Made by a program: the position numbers and the translations under genes
DNA from: a virus
Lineage: Duplodnaviria > Heunggongvirae > Uroviricota > Caudoviricetes
IMG/VR virus record: IMGVR_UViG_3300029305_011675
DNA length: 40,168 nucleotides
Reading direction: 5' to 3' (one strand)
The notes under the pieces: generated by a model
The model's input: the letters and a program-made list of their open reading frames with translations, nothing else
What the model was told of the DNA's origin: nothing
Database searches by the model: none
In this document: piece after piece, positions 27,465-35,767 of the stretch
How the letters are laid out: the number at the start of each line of letters is the position of its first letter
Position numbering within the stretch: the first letter of the stretch is position 1

Positions 27465-28075
27465 TGGAAACAGATTTAACAAAGAAAATGAAACACGGTG
27501 TTGTATGGCACAAACCCGCATTAACAACTAAAATGCGAATTATACGGCACGCAACAGAGGTTTGGACACCAAGTGGAATTGTGGATGCAATCCGATTTGA
27601 AGATTACAAATCAAGAGACTATTCATTTTGTTCTGTAATCGATTATCAAAAGTTCGATAAAAGTTATCAACAAACTTGGCAGCAAATGCACCCACATCAA
27701 AAATTAGGAGAATGTAAAGTTGCTGGATGCACTTACCCTAATGAACATTGTACGGGTTGTTTTTGGCATTCAAGGTCTTATGATATCGGAATGCTAATCA
27801 CTTGTTATGAATGTAAGATAACACTACAAGATTTCAAATCACCAAACGGTCACAATTTTCACGGAAATAAAAATTACTATGTTGTTCCAAAAGACCTTGT
27901 GAAGAAAATAGAACCATTGGTTCCGCAAGGGATTGGAATTATAGCATATTATCCAGATTCAGATAAATTTCGCACTGTCAAAGAATCAGATTTTCAGGAA
28001 GTGTCGGAAGAAACAAAAACAAAATTATTATATAATGCACTTGGAAAATGGTGCAGCGGTAAGGAGCGTTATTAA
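27464..28075 (+). CDS. Putative PD-(D/E)XK nuclease (MmcB-like)
   Basis: E...GIVDAI...CYECKITLQDFKS..GN.NYYVVP pattern; start overlaps the ung stop. Confidence 0.5.
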   Translation: METDLTKKMKHGVVWHKPALTTKMRIIRHATEVWTPSGIVDAIRFEDYKSRDYSFCSVIDYQKFDKSYQQTWQQMHPHQKLGECKVAGCTYPNEHCTGCFWHSRSYDIGMLITCYECKITLQDFKSPNGHNFHGNKNYYVVPKDLVKKIEPLVPQGIGIIAYYPDSDKFRTVKESDFQEVSEETKTKLLYNALGKWCSGKERY

Positions 28076-28078
28076 AGT

Positions 28079-28699
28079 ATGGTAGTAAAAGAATTATTTG
28101 GTCAGTGCGACCCACACAAGATATATTGTTTTTTGAAGGACAATCACAATCTTGGTAGTTTTTCAGAGCATGAATTCAATAAGAGATTGGATAAGTTGCT
28201 CGCAAACACAGACGAAAAGACAGAGGATTTATATTTGATTTGTTCCCCGTATATTTCTATGGGAAATTCTCATACGGACAGAGATGTCTTTTTGGTCATT
28301 CCAAATGAAGTAATGGAAAGTGTAAGCAGAAATCGTTCTCCGTTTGACACAATGATGTTGTGTGATAGACGAGAGTGCGATTGCACAAGCATTGCTAATG
28401 TATTAAATGCAAATGTTTGTCCTCTTTCTGCAAGCACATTCCATCTATATGAAATTTGTGCAGACATTTTCTTCTCGTTAGCGGTTTCCGTTGCAGATGT
28501 TGAAAAATGGAACCGACAGCAAGCACTTGCTTTTATTCAAAACATCAAGGACACTTTCACTTACGACCCAGTTCCAAGCAAGATGAACTTGGTACAAGAA
28601 AAGAAGAAATATTGCAGAGATGTAGAAAGTTCTATTGAACAAAACACATTGTTCTATTATCCCTACTATGTTTCTGTTGCGAATCATATGATGCACTAA
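28079..28699 (+). CDS. Hypothetical protein
   Basis: 206 aa ORF closing the ung operon, followed by a terminator at 28705-28739. Confidence 0.7.
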   Translation: MVVKELFGQCDPHKIYCFLKDNHNLGSFSEHEFNKRLDKLLANTDEKTEDLYLICSPYISMGNSHTDRDVFLVIPNEVMESVSRNRSPFDTMMLCDRRECDCTSIANVLNANVCPLSASTFHLYEICADIFFSLAVSVADVEKWNRQQALAFIQNIKDTFTYDPVPSKMNLVQEKKKYCRDVESSIEQNTLFYYPYYVSVANHMMH

Positions 28700-28818
28700 T
28701 ATACAAAGAGTTGCCGTTGCAAAACGGCAATTCTTTTTTCTTGATAAAAAACATTTAAAAATATAAAATATTTATACGGTATTTTTTATACATACAATAT
28801 AAAGGAGGAATATATAGT

Positions 28819-29418
28819 ATGAAAGAACCTATTTTAGTGAAGGTCATTGCACCTTCCGCAAAAATTGCTTTTGACAAAGCAAAGCGTGAAGCGATAAAAA
28901 TGTATGGCAAAAATCCGTTTTCTGGTACAATCGCTACTTGTACTATGGGTACCTGTCAGATGGAATTTGACAGATATCTTAAGTACAACGACAGCAAGGC
29001 CATGCGCCTGATTAAAGAACTCGGATATGGTGATGACAATGTCGCTCACTTTATCAACATGGGTCGTGTACATTACCGCATTATCCATGTTAAGCGAGAT
29101 GTGCATCAGTATGATGCCGTGTATCGTCAGCATTACATTGTAACGGACCTCGATGGTAAGGTTCTCGAACCTGCCGCTGACCACACTTTTGAATTCAAGG
29201 GTCAGGCAGACGAAAAGGCTCTGTCTTATGTCCTTTTGGGCGAAGAAGTTATGGTTAGAAAGGCAATGGTCATCCTTTCTGGTGGAGATGTAGTTACTAC
29301 TTTCTCCAATGTTGCCACGAAGGAAACCCAACCTACTGAACCTGCATTCAGAAAAACAGAAGTTGATAATTACTTCCCTGAATACGAGTTTTGGTTCTTT
29401 GCAAATGTAATCAAGTAA
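28819..29418 (+). CDS. Hypothetical protein
   Basis: AAGGAGG RBS; 199 aa; terminator at 29423-29464. Confidence 0.75.
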   Translation: MKEPILVKVIAPSAKIAFDKAKREAIKMYGKNPFSGTIATCTMGTCQMEFDRYLKYNDSKAMRLIKELGYGDDNVAHFINMGRVHYRIIHVKRDVHQYDAVYRQHYIVTDLDGKVLEPAADHTFEFKGQADEKALSYVLLGEEVMVRKAMVILSGGDVVTTFSNVATKETQPTEPAFRKTEVDNYFPEYEFWFFANVIK

Positions 29419-29534
29419 CCCCAAAAAAGAAACCTCCGCCACAAGCGGGGGTTTCGTCTTTTCTTGAAAAAAATACCCCATATGATATAATTTTTATAGG
29501 TTTATTTACAGTTTTTATAAAGGAGGAATACAAA

Positions 29535-31673
29535 ATGAAAAAACCTAAAATTGCACCATTTGACAGTTCTCATCCCATCTATGATGAAATGTTGAATTGG
29601 TACAGAAAGCACTTCCACTTTCAGGGTGTTTATACTTCTTCGTATAGTGGAAAAGCACACTGTGCTTCTTGTGGTTGGACAGGAGCATATAGTGAATTCG
29701 AAAAAGCACGATACAGTTGCCCTATTTGCAATGCCGCAGAAACCAAGAATGCCTATATGTACTCTTCGGAGTCTTATAAGGGAACACTGATTATCGACAA
29801 GAGAGATGGAGTAATTATTTTCCGTTTTATTGGTTTTGAATACCATGTAAACGAAAATGGTGAAGATTTCTTTGCAGAAGAAATGTATCGTATTTATACC
29901 GACAAGGTTGATTACGAGATTTACAAGTTGTCTGACGGTAAGACTCTCAAAAAGCATGCAAGTGCAGAAATGGATTATAATCGCTATTTCAAAGATATGG
30001 ATGTTTACGAGCATCATAATTATGAAGCAAATGTCTGTAGCGATGATTTCATCAAAACTCTTGCCATTCTTGATGAAGACACGATTCTTGAAAATGTATT
30101 TAAGGACATAGCAAAAAATGCAGCAAAAAACTCTGTTGCATATACTTGTCCCGTTTTCAACAAACCTCCTCTTACCGAAGATTTTCTTTTGAAAACCAAC
30201 TATAAAAACATCTCCAAAATCATACACCATGTTGAAAAACAAAACATCGGCAATGCCGCTGTTTACAATGCATGGTGTGGCAAATGCGGTAAATTTGCTA
30301 CTGCAACTTTTCCTGCAAGTTACACGTCTCCCCGTGTAGATTTGTCCTGCGATTGTGCTATCGGTTCAGTTTATGTTGGAACAAACCGCTATGAGGTAGT
30401 TACCAATGGAGGCATGAATGTGTATATCGATGTGCAGTTTGAAAATGATTGCACGGTATTGAGATACACAAATTTCAGCATTATCTCTTCCCTTGTTAAT
30501 CAGGCGTTCATCCCTTCGTTCGATGCGAAGACAGAATTGTCTGCAAAAATTGAGCAAATTTATTATGTTTGTTGCTTTGCCGATGGTAAAGTAGCAGTAT
30601 TTAACGAAAACTATGAACCTCTCACTCCGTTTGAAGTTGAGAATACGGTTTTTGTTGAATCTGTTGCTAATTCCGATATCGAGCAAATCCTCGAAAATGA
30701 TAACTTTACCAAGAACATTGGGTTTGTAGATTATGCGAAGATGAATGACAATTTCTCTCTTCAGTACTTCTTCGGATGTATGAAGACAGAACTCGTTAAA
30801 GAATTGGTTGCTTGCAACCTCCATTCTCTCATTTTCGATATGGCGAGACCGAGTTCGGCAAAACTCCCCGTTTATTTGCAGAAAAACAACGGTAAGTTTA
30901 CCGCAAATATGTTTACACCAGAGCAGATTGAAGACTTTGCACTTCATTATGTAATGGTTGACTACTTTGTTGGTTTTATGCAGATTTTCAAAAAGGATAT
31001 CACTATCCTTTACGGAGATTATTGTGCTCTGTCTGATGTTGCTGGAAAGAACTCCATTGCAGAAATCTATCGTCGAATCCCCGACATTCGCTTTGATAAG
31101 GCATATAACTATATTGCATATCTCAATGGCGAAGAAGCACTCTCTCCTGTTGAAAGCATTCCTTTGTGGTGTGGATACCTCAATACCGCAAAGAACTTGA
31201 AGTTGGACCTCACAAAAGATGCCGTTTGCTTCCCGAAGTCCTTAAAAATGACTTCCGATGTTTTAAGCAGAACCCTTCGTGAAAGAAATCTTTCTGAACA
31301 AGAAATTGAAGAGTATGCAGAAAATGCTAAAAAGGCAAATGTGCATTACGAAGACGAAAGATGGTGTATCAAAACCGTTGAAAACATTGATGAATTCATT
31401 AAGCACAAAAATGCTCTTATGAATTCACAGGCACTCTATTACCACAATGTTGTCAATCGAATTTCTCTCGTTGTCTACGACAAAAGAAGAGATTGCATCA
31501 AGTATTTGATTGACCTCGATGGAGAGTTCGTTGACGATACACTCGCATCTGCCAAACTGATTCAGTTTTATGCTTTCGGAAATACAGCACTGCATGGCCG
31601 TAATAATTATTACAGAATTGTAAAAGCAAATAGTGCCCTTTCTGCTGTATTTAAGAAGTACAAAATCAACTAA
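29535..31673 (+). CDS. PcfJ-like domain protein with N-terminal zinc-ribbon motifs
   Basis: AAGGAGG RBS; CASC/CPIC and CGKC motifs; WCGYLNTAKNLKLDL...FPKSL resembles the PcfJ signature (divergent). Confidence 0.6.
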   Translation: MKKPKIAPFDSSHPIYDEMLNWYRKHFHFQGVYTSSYSGKAHCASCGWTGAYSEFEKARYSCPICNAAETKNAYMYSSESYKGTLIIDKRDGVIIFRFIGFEYHVNENGEDFFAEEMYRIYTDKVDYEIYKLSDGKTLKKHASAEMDYNRYFKDMDVYEHHNYEANVCSDDFIKTLAILDEDTILENVFKDIAKNAAKNSVAYTCPVFNKPPLTEDFLLKTNYKNISKIIHHVEKQNIGNAAVYNAWCGKCGKFATATFPASYTSPRVDLSCDCAIGSVYVGTNRYEVVTNGGMNVYIDVQFENDCTVLRYTNFSIISSLVNQAFIPSFDAKTELSAKIEQIYYVCCFADGKVAVFNENYEPLTPFEVENTVFVESVANSDIEQILENDNFTKNIGFVDYAKMNDNFSLQYFFGCMKTELVKELVACNLHSLIFDMARPSSAKLPVYLQKNNGKFTANMFTPEQIEDFALHYVMVDYFVGFMQIFKKDITILYGDYCALSDVAGKNSIAEIYRRIPDIRFDKAYNYIAYLNGEEALSPVESIPLWCGYLNTAKNLKLDLTKDAVCFPKSLKMTSDVLSRTLRERNLSEQEIEEYAENAKKANVHYEDERWCIKTVENIDEFIKHKNALMNSQALYYHNVVNRISLVVYDKRRDCIKYLIDLDGEFVDDTLASAKLIQFYAFGNTALHGRNNYYRIVKANSALSAVFKKYKIN

Positions 31674-31724
31674 AGCAGAGGGATTCGACTTGTTCGAATC
31701 CCTTTACTTTTTCTCAAAAAACAG

Positions 31725-31753
31725 TTGACATTGAAAGTGATTTATGGTATAAT
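31725..31753 (+). promoter_or_regulatory. sigmaA promoter TTGACA-17-TATAAT
   Basis: ttgaca ttgaaagtgatttatgg tataat; drives the radical SAM operon. Confidence 0.8.
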
Positions 31754-31781
31754 AATAGTAACAAATAAAGGAGGAAATACT

Positions 31782-33131
31782 ATGATTAAGAAGTATTTTG
31801 ATAAGAAAAATCGCTTTGGAGAAATGTTTAATACCGTAAATGGATTTTACTTCCGTACAGGTGTCCTTGATGCAAATGGCAAGGATACTGGAGTAGACCC
31901 CTTTATGAGAGACTTCCCTGCACTAATTGACATCGGTGTAATGGGACACTGTGTACATGGTGCATCTGGTCTTTGTGCAAAGTCTGGTGTTCAGTGTTAC
32001 CAGAACGGTCTTAAGACTTACGAACCCAATATGTCTCTCGATAACTTTAAGAAAATTGTTGACGAGTGCAAGGATAAGTGCTTCCAGTTTGCACTTGGTG
32101 GTCGTGGAGATGTTGACCAGCACGAGAACTTTGAAGAAATTCTTCGTTATTGTGCGGAAAATCACATCGTTCCCAACTTCACCACATCTGGTCTTGGTAT
32201 GACCAAAGAAATCGCACAGACTTGCAAGACTTACTGTGGTGCAGTTGCCGTAAGTATGTATTCTCGTCTCGATAATATCGTTCCCGATATTGCTCGCAGA
32301 AAGTTGACTGATGGTAGCAAGAGAGTTTATCGTTCTGTTGACGATATTCCTGTTCTGTTTACCTTCAACAATGAAAATAAGGAATGTTATTGGGATGCTC
32401 CCAACTACATCATCAACGGTGAGACATACGAGTGGGATGAACTTCATCACATTGTATTCTCCGATGAAGAGCAGGAGTACGAATATTTCCGAATTTTCAA
32501 CGAAAAGAACTCTATCGCAAAGAACGACATCCCCAATTACACTATCAATGCAGTTAATATGCTTATTGATGCTGGTGTAACTACCAACATTCACTATGTA
32601 ATTGGCAACAACACCATTGATGAGGCAATCGCAAGATTGAAGTACAATGGTTTTCCGACTGGAATCAATGCAGTTATTTTCCTGCTCCACAAACCTGTTG
32701 GTCTTGGCAAGGAAGATAATGTCCTTGACATCAATGATGTCAGAGTAAAGGAATTTTTCAACCTTATCGATACTGGAAAGTTCCCTTTCCAGATTGGTTT
32801 TGATAGTTGCACAGTTCCTGGCATTATCAACTGCACAAAGAACATCGCAGGCGAAAGCATTGACAGTTGTGAGGGCGGTCGCTTCTCTATGTATATCACT
32901 TCCGATATGAAAGCACTTCCTTGCTCTTTTGACAATCAGGACATGAAGTGGGCAGTTGATATTTCCAACGGGCTCATCGAAGATGCTTGGAATAGCGACA
33001 GTTTCAATGATTTTAGAAGTCACTTTTTGAACTCTTGTCCTAATTGCCCGAACAGAACATCTTGTTACGGTGGTTGCCCGATTCGCAGACAGACCGTTTT
33101 GTGTAATCGTCAGACAAAAGAATTGAATTAA
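31782..33131 (+). CDS. Radical SAM/SPASM-domain protein with an expanded cysteine motif
   Basis: CVHGASGLCAKSGVQC, ALGGRGD, FTTSG, VAVS. SPASM-like CEGGRFSMYI..LPCSF..CPNC...CYGGC. Confidence 0.85.
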   Translation: MIKKYFDKKNRFGEMFNTVNGFYFRTGVLDANGKDTGVDPFMRDFPALIDIGVMGHCVHGASGLCAKSGVQCYQNGLKTYEPNMSLDNFKKIVDECKDKCFQFALGGRGDVDQHENFEEILRYCAENHIVPNFTTSGLGMTKEIAQTCKTYCGAVAVSMYSRLDNIVPDIARRKLTDGSKRVYRSVDDIPVLFTFNNENKECYWDAPNYIINGETYEWDELHHIVFSDEEQEYEYFRIFNEKNSIAKNDIPNYTINAVNMLIDAGVTTNIHYVIGNNTIDEAIARLKYNGFPTGINAVIFLLHKPVGLGKEDNVLDINDVRVKEFFNLIDTGKFPFQIGFDSCTVPGIINCTKNIAGESIDSCEGGRFSMYITSDMKALPCSFDNQDMKWAVDISNGLIEDAWNSDSFNDFRSHFLNSCPNCPNRTSCYGGCPIRRQTVLCNRQTKELN

Positions 33132-33142
33132 GAGGTGATATT

Positions 33143-33565
33143 ATGATTGTTGGAAGAGATTGTTTTTATAAAAATTGTCCCACCAAAGGAGACGAATACT
33201 ACTTCGTCTCCGATGGTAAAATTCAGAAGCAAAACTGGGAAGATGCGCCTGTCGATATGATTAGATGGCGAACAGGTAATTGTTTCAAGACTGGTGCTGA
33301 TGCAATTTTTGCATTCAATAAGTCGATTGTAATTGCAAAGTTAAAGTGCTTCGCAGATGTGAATAATGGTGAAATTTCTTGGAAAAAGAACACAGAAAAG
33401 TTTTATCTGCGATATAAGCGAAACATCGATGCAATCGAAGTGGTTGCTTGTGTGTATGAACCAGTCGGCGATATTGTGTTCTCCTCAAAAGAAATCGCAG
33501 AACAAGCGATTATTGAAGTTGGACAGGAAAATCTGAAAAAATATTATTTTGGACAGGAGGAATAA
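33143..33565 (+). CDS. Hypothetical protein (phage-type)
   Basis: GAGGTG RBS; 140 aa; operonic with the radical SAM gene. Confidence 0.75.
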   Translation: MIVGRDCFYKNCPTKGDEYYFVSDGKIQKQNWEDAPVDMIRWRTGNCFKTGADAIFAFNKSIVIAKLKCFADVNNGEISWKKNTEKFYLRYKRNIDAIEVVACVYEPVGDIVFSSKEIAEQAIIEVGQENLKKYYFGQEE

Positions 33566-33567
33566 CT

Positions 33568-34272
33568 GTGAAAATTAGATATGGTTTTGTAACAAACAGT
33601 TCGAGTTCTTCTTTCATTATCAAAAAGAAGGACAATTTCAATTCGGTCGAAGATGTTTATCAAACCGTAAAACAACTGTATGTTGAATTCAAAAATGTAA
33701 TTGACAATGCAGTAAATGCTTGCAAAGATAATCCCAAATATACTATCGTAAGAGATAAGGACGACAACAATAAGGTTGTTCACATTACTCTCACGAAAGA
33801 GAAAGGTTATGATTGGTTGACCGAAACCGATGCTTTTGAAGCAGAATTCGGAATTGGTCTTCTCGATTATTTGGGTTATAACCTTACTTGGATGGAGACT
33901 TGCCCCACCTATCAAGACTTCTTAAAGAAGTTTGAAGGTGAATATGGTCCTTTTAGAATTCTCGATTTCTCAAAACCAGAAGATAGAGATTCTGATGAGG
34001 AAGAAAGTCTTATGAGCATCCTTTGCTGGTATATGCCTTGCTATGACGACAACAGCAGAAATTGCAACACTTGTAGGTACACCAAGTATTGCGACTTTAA
34101 TAAGAAGTGTCCTGACCTAATCGATAAGGTTAAAGATGCAAACGGTGATATCGATGTTGTGTTTGAAGTCTTTGGACAGTTCTGTGTTGCAAGTGAGTGC
34201 GGTTATATTCCCGATTATGTTGTGCAGAGGTTGTCTGGTTTGTCAACTTTTGCCTGCAATCACATGGGTTAA
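33568..34272 (+). CDS. GFVTNSSSSSF-motif protein with a cysteine cluster
   Basis: GTG start after AGGAGG. MKIRYGFVTNSSSSSF; CNTCRYTKYCDFNKKC; ends in CNHMG. Confidence 0.75.
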   Translation: MKIRYGFVTNSSSSSFIIKKKDNFNSVEDVYQTVKQLYVEFKNVIDNAVNACKDNPKYTIVRDKDDNNKVVHITLTKEKGYDWLTETDAFEAEFGIGLLDYLGYNLTWMETCPTYQDFLKKFEGEYGPFRILDFSKPEDRDSDEEESLMSILCWYMPCYDDNSRNCNTCRYTKYCDFNKKCPDLIDKVKDANGDIDVVFEVFGQFCVASECGYIPDYVVQRLSGLSTFACNHMG

Positions 34273-34290
34273 TCTGAAAGGAGAAAAGAT

Positions 34291-34689
34291 ATGAAATTTA
34301 GAAAAGGTTTTGTTACCAACAGTTCGAGTTCATCTTTTATCGTTGCTGTAAAGGACGACGGTTCTGAAACTCTAAATGCTTTTATGAAGGCATTTGTGGA
34401 TTCGGAAGATTACAATGAAACTCGCAAGGGTCATTCGTATAAGACAAAGGAAGAACTCGACAAGTATTATGTTGAAAATTTCAAGTCTTCTCGTTGTAAG
34501 ACTCTTGAAGAAATTCTCGAAGACGATGAATATCTCGAAGAACAGTACAACAAGGAACTGGAGTGCATCGAAAAAGGCTTCGTCATTCTCACAAAGGATA
34601 TCGGATATGGCGACGATGGTTTGACCTCGTTTGTTTCCATTTTCGCTGAATCTCTTGGAGAAAATGCAATCTTGTTCGATACTGACTAA
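34291..34689 (+). CDS. GFVTNSSSSSF-motif protein
   Basis: AAGGAG RBS; MKFRKGFVTNSSSSSF; terminator at 34697-34731. Confidence 0.75.
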   Translation: MKFRKGFVTNSSSSSFIVAVKDDGSETLNAFMKAFVDSEDYNETRKGHSYKTKEELDKYYVENFKSSRCKTLEEILEDDEYLEEQYNKELECIEKGFVILTKDIGYGDDGLTSFVSIFAESLGENAILFDTD

Positions 34690-34809
34690 AAGTAATAAGA
34701 AATGGTTTCCGCAAGGAAACCGTTTCTTTTCTTGAGAAAAAACAAAGATTATTTTAAAATCTTCACAGACTTTCATTTAAACAAAAATTCTAAAAGGAGG
34801 AATGTAATT

Positions 34810-35406
34810 ATGTGTAAAGAAAGAAAGTCCCTTGCCCTCGATGTAGATGGCGTATTGATGGAATGTTACCCGCCTATCAATGCACGAATTATCGCAAAGT
34901 TCGATATGCCCGAAGATTTCCGTATCCAGCGAGTAGTAAGAAGTTGGAATATGATGGAACTTCCCGAAGAAGTTCGTCGTTTCGCTCTTGACTGCATGGG
35001 AGATGCAGAAATTGTTGAGCAGTACACTTTCAAGAAAGGTAGTTTGAAGTTCGTTAAGGAACTCTATGACTGCATTACCAGTCATGGTGGTGAATTCATC
35101 TTCAACACTCACTGCTTCAATCAGGCAGTTGGCGATGTTCGCCGTAAGCAGTTGGAAACCATTTCCGCAAAACTCGGCATTTGTCCTACCTACAACATTT
35201 CTGTTGGTAAGGTAAAGGTCAATGCTGAAACCGACATCATCATTGATGACCACATGGGGAATCTGGATGCTTCTGTTGCCGACACCAAGATTCTTTTCTC
35301 TATGTTCCATAATAGAGATTTGAAGGTCGGAGATGCTTTCAGAAGTAACGATTACAATGCAATCGTTAAACACGTTAAGGAGGTAGTCTGCTGTGAAGAA
35401 TGTTAA
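34810..35406 (+). CDS. HAD-superfamily 5'(3')-deoxyribonucleotidase-like phosphatase
   Basis: LDVDGVL motif I; IIIDDH; AAGGAGG RBS. Confidence 0.7.
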   Translation: MCKERKSLALDVDGVLMECYPPINARIIAKFDMPEDFRIQRVVRSWNMMELPEEVRRFALDCMGDAEIVEQYTFKKGSLKFVKELYDCITSHGGEFIFNTHCFNQAVGDVRRKQLETISAKLGICPTYNISVGKVKVNAETDIIIDDHMGNLDASVADTKILFSMFHNRDLKVGDAFRSNDYNAIVKHVKEVVCCEEC

Positions 35407-35665
35407 AGAAACCCAACTGAAAAAGGCAATCTTTTTGGAAAAAGAACAGTATGAAGAGGCACTTATCGAAATCTTCGGAACCGATGTAACCGTTCATCCT
35501 GACCTTGATGGTATCTGGTATGAATACAATGAAGAAGCAGTCGAAGATGAAATCGAAAATGTCCTGCTTGAAAAGTTGACTGACTATTTCGATGTCGATG
35601 AAGTCACTTCTGTACATGCCGACGATTGCGATACCGTAGGTATCTGGGTTGTCTACAAAGACTAA
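35393..35665 (+). CDS. Small acidic hypothetical protein
   Basis: GTG start after AAGGAGG; terminator at 35677-35708. Confidence 0.65.
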   Translation: MKNVKETQLKKAIFLEKEQYEEALIEIFGTDVTVHPDLDGIWYEYNEEAVEDEIENVLLEKLTDYFDVDEVTSVHADDCDTVGIWVVYKD

Positions 35666-35714
35666 AAACATAAGTTAAGTCCGAGATTTTCTCGGACTTT
35701 TCTTTTTTGTATTT

Positions 35715-35743
35715 TTGACAAAACGAAAAATTTATGTTATAAT
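35715..35743 (+). promoter_or_regulatory. sigmaA promoter TTGACA-17-TATAAT
   Basis: ttgaca aaacgaaaaatttatgt tataat. Confidence 0.8.
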
Positions 35744-35767
35744 TTAGAATAAAGGACGGTGATTATT

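Noticed and set aside
31677-31712. tRNA-like GTTCGAATCC
   Set aside because: It is one arm of a terminator hairpin (gggattcga/tcgaatccc) with no cloverleaf.
31923-33023. Long antisense ORFs (366 aa here; also 6899-7525, 28834-29481, 29502-30242, 34777-35373 and others)
   Set aside because: They are shadows of well-supported genes on the opposite strand, with no RBS, promoter or recognisable motifs.
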